Shown here in pieces: positions 8,474-15,973 of a DNA stretch of 22,471 nucleotides. The stretch's first letter is position 1, and every line of letters starts with the position of its first letter. The notes beneath the pieces are model-generated. The model did no database searches and had not been told where the DNA came from. It saw only the letters and a program-made list of their open reading frames with translations. The stretch spans positions 1 to 22,471 of the forward strand of contig JARRQT010000015.1 in NCBI GenBank assembly GCA_037381445.1, given 5' to 3'. The position numbers were made by a program, and so were the translations under genes. This DNA comes from Calditrichia bacterium. GTDB lineage: Bacteria; Calditrichota; Calditrichia; RBG-13-44-9.

Positions 8474-10027
8474 TCAGGTTGCGTAATCATACGCCCGGTA
8501 TTCCCGGATAACCGTTACCTTGATCTGTCCCGGAAATTCCGATTCGCTCTGTATATGCATGGCGATCTCGCGGGCCAGTTCCTTGGCGCGGTTATCGTCC
8601 ACGCTGTTGCAGTCCACGATAATCCGGACTTCGCGGCCGGCCTGAATGGCATGCACCTTTTCCACTCCCGGTATCTTTCCGGCAATCTCTTCCAGTCCGT
8701 GCATTCTTTTGATAAAACTTTCCAGCGACTCCCGCCTCGCTCCGGGCCTGCTGCCGGAAATGGTATCGCCCGCGGCCACCAGAATCGTATACGGTGAAGT
8801 GGCTTCTTCCTCTTTGTGGTGGGCCATCACCGCATTGATAACCATCGGATTTTCGTTATGTTTTTTGAGGAGCTCGGCACCCAGTTGGGCGTGATTGGCG
8901 TCGGTATGTCGGTCAATGGCTTTCCCGATGTCATGCAGCAGTCCCGCACGTTTTGCAATTTTGGGATCCAGTTGAAGTTCCGACGCCATGATTCCGCACA
9001 GGTAGGCCACTTCCAGGCTGTGATTGAGCACATTCTGCCCATAGGAAGTCAGGTAGCGCAGTTTTCCCAGCATCTCGATGATTTCATCCGGCAGGCCGTG
9101 GACGCCTACATCCAGCATGGCCTGCTCGCCAATGTCCCGGAAAGAAGCTTTTACTTCCTCTTCAGTTTTGTTGACCACTTCTTCAATCCGCGCCGGGTGT
9201 ATTCGTCCGTCCAGGATCAGCTTTTCCAGCGCGATTCTGGCGATTTCCCGGCGGAAGCTGTTATATGAAGAAAGAATGACCACTTCCGGCGTGTCATCTA
9301 TAATTACATCGATTCCCGTGGCAAGCTCAAAAGCCCGGATGTTCCTGCCTTCCCGTCCGATGATGCGTCCTTTCATATCATCGTTGGGAAGCGTTACCAC
9401 GGACACGGTGGCCTCTGCGGATTGTTCTGCGGCGGTTTGCTGAATAGCCGAAACAACCACCTCCAGCGCCCGCCGGTTGGCCTCCAGCTTTGCTTTCTCA
9501 ACTATGGAGGTGACAATTCTTTTGCCTTCCTCCTGGGCATCTTGTTCCATGTCTTTGATCAGTATCTGCCTGGCTTCGGCCTGTGTCAAACCGGAAATTT
9601 CTTCCAGTTTATGGATTTCCTCGCTGATTAACTCATTCAGCTCCCCTGTTTTTTGCTGAACATACTTTTCCTTATCGGTGAGCTGCCTCTCCAGTAAATT
9701 TACATCTTTTTCTTTCTTTTCAATAATTTCAGCCTTACGGTCTATCTCCAGTTCTTTCTGGTCCAATCGACGTTCTTCGTTCAGGAGGTTCTCTCGTTTG
9801 GTCTCAACTTCCTTTTCGAGCAGTTGTTTATGTTCAAAGAGTTCTTCCTGGACTTCAATTAATTTCTCTTTTTTCAAAGTCTCGGCTTCCGATTTGGCAT
9901 CTTCGAGAAGATGTTTGGCCTCTTCTTCAGCCGTCAATAATTTTTTTCCTGCCGATGATTTCAGAAATAACCAGAGACCAACCGAGCCGGCGACCAGTCC
10001 AATTAAGACGCCTATTATCCATTGCAT
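8474..10027 (-). CDS. rny: Ribonuclease Y
   Basis: N-terminal transmembrane helix, coiled coil, KH domain (MKGRIIGREGRNIR), HD domain (LLHDIGK), SRPGARRE and AIQAGREVR; SD GGAGG. Confidence 0.97.
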   Translation of the reverse strand: MQWIIGVLIGLVAGSVGLWLFLKSSAGKKLLTAEEEAKHLLEDAKSEAETLKKEKLIEVQEELFEHKQLLEKEVETKRENLLNEERRLDQKELEIDRKAEIIEKKEKDVNLLERQLTDKEKYVQQKTGELNELISEEIHKLEEISGLTQAEARQILIKDMEQDAQEEGKRIVTSIVEKAKLEANRRALEVVVSAIQQTAAEQSAEATVSVVTLPNDDMKGRIIGREGRNIRAFELATGIDVIIDDTPEVVILSSYNSFRREIARIALEKLILDGRIHPARIEEVVNKTEEEVKASFRDIGEQAMLDVGVHGLPDEIIEMLGKLRYLTSYGQNVLNHSLEVAYLCGIMASELQLDPKIAKRAGLLHDIGKAIDRHTDANHAQLGAELLKKHNENPMVINAVMAHHKEEEATSPYTILVAAGDTISGSRPGARRESLESFIKRMHGLEEIAGKIPGVEKVHAIQAGREVRIIVDCNSVDDNRAKELAREIAMHIQSESEFPGQIKVTVIREYRAYDYAT

Positions 10028-10123
10028 CTCGGTCTATCCTCCATCGCTTCATACAGACAGCGACTTTTTTTAACGATTGGTTTAGGTTTAATTTCTATTT
10101 TTGTATTCATTTTTTATAAAAAT

Positions 10124-10299
10124 ATCCCTGAACCGTTAGGGCGGATTTGGAAAAGAACCGTGACAAACACGGTGGGTACTTGCCCAAGCGGTTCACGCTT
10201 CCTCCTGTAAGAGAGGCCTGCATTAGACGCCCAGAGTCAAGTTCCCTATTTTATGGTGTTGGTTCTTCCCAAATACAACACCCTAACAAATCCAGGGAC
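10124..10299 (-). ncRNA. ssrS: 6S RNA
   Basis: About 176-nt rod-like fold: GTCCCTG/CAGGGAT closing stem, GTTAGGGTG/CGCCCTAAC, ATTTGGGAAGAACC/GGTTCTTTTCCAAAT, an A-rich central bubble (AACACCATAAAATA), GGGAACTTG/CAAGTACCC and an apical stem. It lies immediately downstream of zapA, the usual ssrS position. Confidence 0.88.
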
Positions 10300-10607
10300 T
10301 ATTTTACAAAATCAGGATAACGATTTAGATATTGATCTAAATTCTCCGTGATTTCTTCACTTGTTGACTCTATTTCTTTCAACAACTTCTCGTGCTTGCT
10401 CTTCAGACGAAAAAATTCGTCTGTTATATTCAATGCTGTCAAAATCGCAATCTTAAGTTGCGAATTTACCTTTGTGCCTTCCCCCAGTTGACGCATTTTC
10501 TGGTCAACATACCCGGCCAACTCATGAAGATATGCAGGATCCGAATCTGATTTCAGCGCGTATTCAATTCCCAATATATTTACTTTTATCGAACCTTTTT
10601 CCATCAT
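10299..10607 (-). CDS. zapA: Cell division protein ZapA
   Basis: IKVNILGIEYAL....P.YL.ELAGYVDQKM........KIAILTALNITDE followed by a coiled coil. Start placed at ATG 10607 (or 10604) rather than TTG 10616. Confidence 0.9.
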   Translation of the reverse strand: MMEKGSIKVNILGIEYALKSDSDPAYLHELAGYVDQKMRQLGEGTKVNSQLKIAILTALNITDEFFRLKSKHEKLLKEIESTSEEITENLDQYLNRYPDFVK

Positions 10608-10616
10608 TTCATTCAA

Positions 10617-10645
10617 AATTTAGATAAAATATTTAAACAATACAA
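10617..10645 (-). promoter_or_regulatory. Putative promoter for zapA-6S-rny
   Basis: TTGTAT (10640-10645) - 17 nt - TAAATT (10617-10622). Confidence 0.5.
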
Positions 10646-10661
10646 CAATAAGAGTATAAAT

Positions 10662-10949
10662 TTACAATTGTATTTGATCAAGCTTGACTGCAAGGCGTTC
10701 AATTTTTGTGCGGATTGTTTTTTCTTTCTCCTTTAATAGTTTATTTTCAATCTTCAGGTTTTTAACTTCGCTCTCCAGCTCCAAGATTCGTTGTTTATCA
10801 GTTTGTGACTCCAAATACTCCGTTAATTGTATAACCTGCTGCTGCAGATCTTTGTTCTGTTTAGTAAAATTATCGACAATATTTTTCAGCTTTTCAATCC
10901 TTTTGAAAAGCCCGAAGTATTTTGCTAAACTCTTTTCCTCCGCTTCCAT
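10662..10949 (-). CDS. Coiled-coil protein, ZapB-like by position and composition
   Basis: 95 aa, heptad-rich (IEKLKNIVDNFTKQNKDLQQQV...KIERLAVKLDQI), located between pheT and zapA and starting 2 nt after the pheT stop. Confidence 0.7.
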   Translation of the reverse strand: MEAEEKSLAKYFGLFKRIEKLKNIVDNFTKQNKDLQQQVIQLTEYLESQTDKQRILELESEVKNLKIENKLLKEKEKTIRTKIERLAVKLDQIQL

Positions 10950-10951
10950 GC

Positions 10952-13327
10952 TCAGTCCCGCAGTTTTGCATCGAACGATTTGGAAACAACTGATAATATT
11001 TTGTTCATTATGTCGTTAATTTCGTCCTCGGTCAACGTTCTGTCTGGCGACCGGAAAACCAATCGCAATGCAACGCTCTTCTTTCCCGCCTCTATCTGTT
11101 TCCCCCGATAAATATCAAATATATCTACCGATTTGAGCAGATTTCCGCCGTTGTTACGGACAGCTTCCACTAGTTTCCCGACTTCCAGTTCATCCTCGAC
11201 CACCAGCGCCAAATCCCTTTCAACCCATGGAAATTTGGGAATCGGTTTATAGGGACTGACCTGACGTCGATATTTGAATAACTTCTGAACTGAGAATTCG
11301 GCCAAAAATACAGGTTCTTCTATCTCAAAAAAGGAGGCAATTTTACTATTCAACTGCCCGTAAAACCCGAGTGGTTCACCTTCTATCTGTATTGCGAGAC
11401 CGTCATTCTCAATTGCGAAATCAGAATAATAAATAAATTGACAGTTGTCAAGAGAAATTTTGTGGAGGAGGGCTTCCGCAAAACCCTTAATATCATAAAA
11501 ATCATTGTTTTGGTGCGAAGAGTACCACAGCTCCCCGTCCCGGCTTCCGGAGAGGGCAATGGCCAGCCGGATCTCTTCCAGCGGTTGTTCATGCATGTTT
11601 TTGCGGGTAAGATATACCCGGTTAATCTCAAATAAACGAAGGTCTTTTATCTGCCGGTTGCGGTTATACTGAATGACCTGGGCCATGCTGGGGAGCAGCG
11701 AATTGCGCATGCCGTCCATATCTTTGGAAATGGGATTTAAGATGGGGAAAATGGTTTGCCCCGTCAAATCTTCCCATACCCGTTTATTGATCATGCTGCC
11801 TGTGATGATCTCCTGCAGGCCCATGCCGGTTAAGGTATCTTTCAGGTGGTCGATAAAGAAATCAAGCTCATTTCTGGAATAATCATAATTCACAACCATC
11901 GTTTCCCGGGCGGGAATGTTATCCAGGCCGTATAATCTGGCAATTTCCTCCGCCAGATCGGCAGTGCGTTCCAGATCGGGCCGGAAGGTGGGTATAATCA
12001 CCATATCACCTTCCACCTTTAGCTCAATGCTTTCCAGGATATTAATCATCTTCTCCCGGGACAGCTTTGTACCCAGAAGTGTGTTGATTTTTTTATGGTC
12101 CAACTGGATTTTTGCAGGCAGAATGGGATGCGGATACTGATCCACAATACCCTGCGAGATTTCCCCGCCGCAAAGTTCCGCCAGAAGCTGCGCGGCGCGG
12201 TCGAGAGCATAGATGGTGCCGTTCGGATCGGCTCCGCGCGCAAAACGCTGCGATGCTTCAGTGGTCAATCCCAGATAACGGGAGCTTTTCTGGATGCTGA
12301 GCGGATTAAAGTAAGCGCTTTCCAACAGGATGTTTTTGGTGCTCTGACTCACTTCCGAATTTATTCCGCCCATGATGCCGCCGATGGCCACCGGGCGCTT
12401 TCCGTCGCAAATCAGGACCGTTCCGGCTTTCAACTTCCGCGGCTTGTCATCCAGCGTAATAAATTCCTCTCCTTCACCAGATTCCCGAACAATTATTTCG
12501 CTGCCGGAAATGAGATCGAAGTCAAAGGCGTGTAGCGGATGTCCGGTCTCGAGAAGAACATAGTTGGTGATATCCACCGCATTGTTGATGGAGCGCATTC
12601 CCACTGCTTCCAGGCGCCTCACCAGCCAGGTAGGGGAAGGGCCCACTTTAATATTACGGATCACTCTCGCGCTGTAACGGGGACAGCCCCCGGGAGTATC
12701 GATGCGGATTTTTACCTGTGACGCCGCGGCCGTTTCAGTTTCTTCCAACTTAAATAAAGGCCTGCGAACCGGCTGGCCCAGAATGGCGCCGATTTCTCTG
12801 GCGATGCCGATATGGCTCATGCAGTCCGGCCGGTTGGGAGTTACGGCGATATCAAAAATGTAATCGGTCTGAAATTCAAGGGCCTTGTCCAGCGGGACGC
12901 CAAGAGGAAGTCTTTCGGGAAGCAGCCAGATACCGTCGGAGCGCTCGGAAAATCCCAGTTCCGCCTCTGAGCAGATCATGCCCTCGGAAACTTCTCCCCT
13001 GATCTTGCTCTTTTTGATTTTTAAACCGATGGGAAGCAGGGCGCCTATTTTTGCCACGGGCACTGTCTGACCGGACGCCACATTGGGCGCGCCGCAGACG
13101 ATGGAAAGCTGTGCCTCGCCGATATCCACCTGGCAAAGGCTCAGTTTGTCCGCGTTGGGATGCTTCTCCGTGGAAATTACGCGGCCCACCACCACATTGG
13201 GGAAATCGAGCCGTTTTTCAATCACTTCCTCAACTTCCAGCCCCGCCAGGGAAAGGCGTTCGGAAAGCTGATGCGGGTCAATTGTTATATCAAGGTAATC
13301 AGTCAACCAGTTGTATGATACTTTCAT
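10952..13327 (-). CDS. pheT: Phenylalanine--tRNA ligase beta subunit
   Basis: MKVSYNWL, HPNADKL, IVCGAPN, IRG..SEGMICS, TPNRPD, VDITNYVLLETGHPLHAFD, DLAEEIARLYG and a C-terminal FDX-ACB domain (RDLALVV...FDIYRG...KKSVAL...RTLTEDEI). Confidence 0.98.
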   Translation of the reverse strand: MKVSYNWLTDYLDITIDPHQLSERLSLAGLEVEEVIEKRLDFPNVVVGRVISTEKHPNADKLSLCQVDIGEAQLSIVCGAPNVASGQTVPVAKIGALLPIGLKIKKSKIRGEVSEGMICSEAELGFSERSDGIWLLPERLPLGVPLDKALEFQTDYIFDIAVTPNRPDCMSHIGIAREIGAILGQPVRRPLFKLEETETAAASQVKIRIDTPGGCPRYSARVIRNIKVGPSPTWLVRRLEAVGMRSINNAVDITNYVLLETGHPLHAFDFDLISGSEIIVRESGEGEEFITLDDKPRKLKAGTVLICDGKRPVAIGGIMGGINSEVSQSTKNILLESAYFNPLSIQKSSRYLGLTTEASQRFARGADPNGTIYALDRAAQLLAELCGGEISQGIVDQYPHPILPAKIQLDHKKINTLLGTKLSREKMINILESIELKVEGDMVIIPTFRPDLERTADLAEEIARLYGLDNIPARETMVVNYDYSRNELDFFIDHLKDTLTGMGLQEIITGSMINKRVWEDLTGQTIFPILNPISKDMDGMRNSLLPSMAQVIQYNRNRQIKDLRLFEINRVYLTRKNMHEQPLEEIRLAIALSGSRDGELWYSSHQNNDFYDIKGFAEALLHKISLDNCQFIYYSDFAIENDGLAIQIEGEPLGFYGQLNSKIASFFEIEEPVFLAEFSVQKLFKYRRQVSPYKPIPKFPWVERDLALVVEDELEVGKLVEAVRNNGGNLLKSVDIFDIYRGKQIEAGKKSVALRLVFRSPDRTLTEDEINDIMNKILSVVSKSFDAKLRD
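11423..11451 (-). promoter_or_regulatory. Putative internal promoter inside pheT with an overlapping inverted repeat
   Basis: TTGACA (11446-11451) - 17 nt - TATTCT (11423-11428); palindrome TTGACA-N2-TGTCAA at 11438-11451. Confidence 0.6.
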
Positions 13328-13373
13328 TTTCTAACCTTCTGTTTGCGATGCCATCTCCGTCGAATGAATATTA

Positions 13374-14378
13374 TTAAAATTGATTCAGGAATCTCATGTC
13401 GTTTTCGAAAAACAGGCGGATGTCGTCAATGTTATACCGCAGCATGGCGATCCTGTCCACACCCATTCCGAAGGCATATCCGGTGTAAACGTCGGGGTTG
13501 TATTTTACCGCCTGAAAAACATTGGGATCGACCATACCGGCGCCCGAGATTTCGATCCAGCCGGTATATTTGCATACCTTGCAGCCCTTGCCGCGGCAGA
13601 AGATGCAGTTAAAATCGTATTCCAGGCTGGGTTCGGTAAAAGGGAAAAAGCTGGGACGAAAGCGGACATGAATGTCTTTTCCGAACATATAAACGGCAAA
13701 CTGTTCAATCACCGCCTTCAGATCGCCGAAACTGATTCCTTTGTCCACGCACAATCCCTCCACCTGGTGGAAGAAAGGGGAGTGGCTCGCATCGGGCGTG
13801 TCGCGGCGATAAACCCGTCCCGGGGCGATAATCCTGACCGGCGGTTTTTGATTCAGCATGGTGCGGATCTGCACCGGCGAGGTATGGGTCCGCAGCATGA
13901 TCTCTTCGGTAATATAAAGCGTGTCCTGCATATCACGCGCCGGGTGATTGGGCGGAATATTCAGCGCTTCGAAATTATAAAAATCTGTCTCTACCTCCGG
14001 ACCATCGGCCACCGCAAATCCCAGTCCCAGGAAGAAACGTTTGATATCATCCAAGGTCTGGGTCAGCGGATGTTTCCTGCCCACCGGGGGCCGCCGGCCG
14101 GGAAGGGTGGTGTCAACCTTAATCTTCTTCTTTTTGGCAGTAAAAGCGGGCTTCAGCTCCTCCAGGCGGCCCTCAATAAAATTCTTAATTTCATTGATCT
14201 GTTTACCGAACTGCGGTCTTTCCGAAGGTTCGATGTCCTTCATCTGTTTAAAAAGGTCCTGGACAAGCCCCTTTTTGCCCAGGTATTTCACCCGGATATT
14301 TTCAAAATCGTCCGCTTTCTTAACCGTCTCCAGATCCTTTAAAAAATCCTGCCTGATTTTCGATGTCTTGTCTTCCAT
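13374..14378 (-). CDS. pheS: Phenylalanine--tRNA ligase alpha subunit
   Basis: RVKYLGKKG, NFEALNIPPNHPARDMQDT, LRTHTSPVQIR, GRVYRRD, FHQVEGL, FRPSFFPFTEPS and GYAFGMGVDR. ATG 14378 is preferred over TTG 14399. Confidence 0.97.
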   Translation of the reverse strand: MEDKTSKIRQDFLKDLETVKKADDFENIRVKYLGKKGLVQDLFKQMKDIEPSERPQFGKQINEIKNFIEGRLEELKPAFTAKKKKIKVDTTLPGRRPPVGRKHPLTQTLDDIKRFFLGLGFAVADGPEVETDFYNFEALNIPPNHPARDMQDTLYITEEIMLRTHTSPVQIRTMLNQKPPVRIIAPGRVYRRDTPDASHSPFFHQVEGLCVDKGISFGDLKAVIEQFAVYMFGKDIHVRFRPSFFPFTEPSLEYDFNCIFCRGKGCKVCKYTGWIEISGAGMVDPNVFQAVKYNPDVYTGYAFGMGVDRIAMLRYNIDDIRLFFENDMRFLNQF

Positions 14379-14421
14379 TCTGTCACCATTTTTGCACAAT
14401 TTTAGTTCTCAATGTCCTAGA

Positions 14422-14450
14422 AATTTATATATAAAATGCTGGGATTACAA
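14422..14450 (-). promoter_or_regulatory. Putative pheST promoter
   Basis: TTGTAA (14445-14450) - 17 nt - TAAATT (14422-14427). Confidence 0.55.
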
Positions 14451-14765
14451 GAGTTGAATTCCTGAGTTGGATAGCTGGTTTCAGTATCGTCCGGTAAATT
14501 CTTGTGCGTATCGGCATTCGGCGCCTTCGTGAGCTGCATCGTTTTATCCGCATGACACAGCAGTGTCGAAATTGAGTGAGTCCGGTTATTCCTGATTCGG
14601 GAAGGTGAGCGGTCTGTTTGCTATTTACCCTGCAGCCCGGTTTTGGCAGAATCCCGCGCTTTCCGGTCAGAAATTATGGATTTTCACTTTGCTGGGATGA
14701 AAATGTGATTCTACCAATCCCTGACGATGCCTGAAAAACAATTAAATGCTTTTCTTGTATTCCTC

Positions 14766-14808
14766 AGAAAATAAAATGGGAATTGAAGAAATGCCTTCAA
14801 TTCCCATT
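14766..14808 (-). terminator. Intrinsic terminator after rplT
   Basis: Perfect 14-bp stem AATGGGAATTGAAG/CTTCAATTCCCATT (14775-14808) with a 6-nt loop, followed by TTATTTTCT on the minus strand. Confidence 0.85.
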
Positions 14809-14833
14809 GTCAAAAGCAAAAATCAAAATATTT

Positions 14834-15181
14834 TTAGGCAGTAACCTGCTGAACTAGGGCTTCAAAAGCTTTCGGTTCGTGCATTGCCAAATGTGCCAGG
14901 GCTTTCCGGTCCAGATCAACATTGCTTTCTTTTAAAGCATGCATGAATCTGGAATAGGAAATATCATTCTGCCGGCAGGCGGCATTAATTCTGGCAATCC
15001 ATAAGGCCCGAAACTGCCGTTTCTTTTGCCTTCTGTCGCGAAAGGCGTACTGCAGGCTTTTCTCTACCTGATCTTTGGCCACGGTATATAATTTCCCGCG
15101 GGAGAGTCTATAGCCTTTGGCCAGTTTGAGTAATTTTTTATGGCGGCTTTTTGCCGCAACGTTGTTAGTTGCTCTGGGCAT
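14834..15181 (-). CDS. rplT: 50S ribosomal protein L20
   Basis: RHKKLLKLAKGY...YAFRDRRQKKRQFRALWIARINAA...SYSRFM...LDRKALA; SD GGAGG. Confidence 0.98.
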   Translation of the reverse strand: MPRATNNVAAKSRHKKLLKLAKGYRLSRGKLYTVAKDQVEKSLQYAFRDRRQKKRQFRALWIARINAACRQNDISYSRFMHALKESNVDLDRKALAHLAMHEPKAFEALVQQVTA

Positions 15182-15201
15182 TTTATCCTCCGGAAATTTT
15201 C

Positions 15202-15396
15202 TTATTCAAGAATCATTTTGTGAGCACGCGGCTCGTCAACTTTGTGCAGATAGGCCGCTTTTCGCAAATTGCGTTTACGCTTTGCCGATTTACTTGTCAA
15301 AATGTGGCTTTTGTAGGCGCGGCGGGATTTGATTTTCCCGCTGGCACTGACTTTAAAACGTTTTTTTGCGCCTCTATTCGATTTCATCTTAGGCAT
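15202..15396 (-). CDS. rpmI: 50S ribosomal protein L35
   Basis: [22 protein letters not shown]......HIL..KS.KRKRNLR; position between infC and rplT. Confidence 0.97.
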   Translation of the reverse strand: MPKMKSNRGAKKRFKVSASGKIKSRRAYKSHILTSKSAKRKRNLRKAAYLHKVDEPRAHKMILE

Positions 15397-15431
15397 TTTC
15401 TATCCCTTTCCTTAATCTCTGTTTCAAATGG

Positions 15432-15947
15432 TTAACTTTTCGCCGCCAGAACCATGACCATACGACGTCCTTCCATCTTCATAGGACTCTCCGGTTTTGC
15501 AATATCTTCCAGCATATCCTCCACGCGCTGCATCAAATCCCTGCCGAAATCCTGGTAAGCCATTTCACGTCCCCGAAAGATTATCGTAACTTTGACTTTG
15601 TTTTTCTGTTCCAGAAATTTTCTCGCGTGTTTAATTTTTGTTTCCAGGTCATGATCATCGGTTTTGGGCCGTAATCGAATTTCTTTTACGGTAACCGTAT
15701 GTTGTTTCTTTTTACTGCTTTTCTCTTTTTTGCTCTGTTCATATTTATATTTGCCGTAATCCATGATCCGGCAGACCGGAGGATTGGCGTTGGGGGCTAC
15801 CTCCACTAGGTCTAATTTATAATCTTCCGCTTTCACTAAAGCGTCTTTGGTTTCCACGATCCCAAGTTGTTCCCCCTCCGGCGAAATAAGCCGGACCCTG
15901 GGTACGCGTATCTGCTCATTTATCCGAGCTTCTTTTTCTTTATTAAT
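15432..15947 (-). CDS. infC: Translation initiation factor IF-3 (non-canonical ATT start, 171 aa)
   Basis: The frame extends upstream of the ORF-track GTG as ATT AAT AAA GAA AAA GAA GCT CGG ATA AAT GAG CAG ATA CGC (..ARINEQIRVPRVRLI..G.QLGIV). SD AGGAG at 15954-15958 lies 6 nt before ATT. Downstream motifs are LDLVEVAP...PPVCRIMDYGKYKY and KEIRLRP. Confidence 0.95.
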   Translation of the reverse strand: MNKEKEARINEQIRVPRVRLISPEGEQLGIVETKDALVKAEDYKLDLVEVAPNANPPVCRIMDYGKYKYEQSKKEKSSKKKQHTVTVKEIRLRPKTDDHDLETKIKHARKFLEQKNKVKVTIIFRGREMAYQDFGRDLMQRVEDMLEDIAKPESPMKMEGRRMVMVLAAKS

Positions 15948-15973
15948 TGGCCGCTCCTAATGTTTTGTTGACT

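Noticed and set aside
10015..10110. 31-codon uORF (MNTKIEIKPKP...) between 6S RNA and rny, overlapping the rny start
   Set aside because: No SD and an A-rich low-complexity linker. An ORF of this length is expected by chance.
10030..10950. AT-rich segment suggesting horizontal transfer
   Set aside because: It holds the zapB-like gene, zapA and ssrS in their usual position between pheT and rny, with no mobility genes or flanking repeats.
13328..13373. GGAGATGGCAT in the pheS-pheT gap resembling a fluoride riboswitch 5' end
   Set aside because: No complementary CTCC, no downstream TGATGATGCC-type pseudoknot partner, and the wrong gene context.
14400..14560. pheM-like attenuator peptide or T-box leader for pheST
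   Set aside because: The two short minus-strand ORFs have only 1-2 Phe codons, there is no GGTGGnACC T-box, and the likely promoter lies downstream of their starts.
14721..14740. CTGACGA...GAAA resembling a hammerhead ribozyme core
   Set aside because: Only 5 nt lie between the motifs, so stem II cannot form, and no stems I and III were found.
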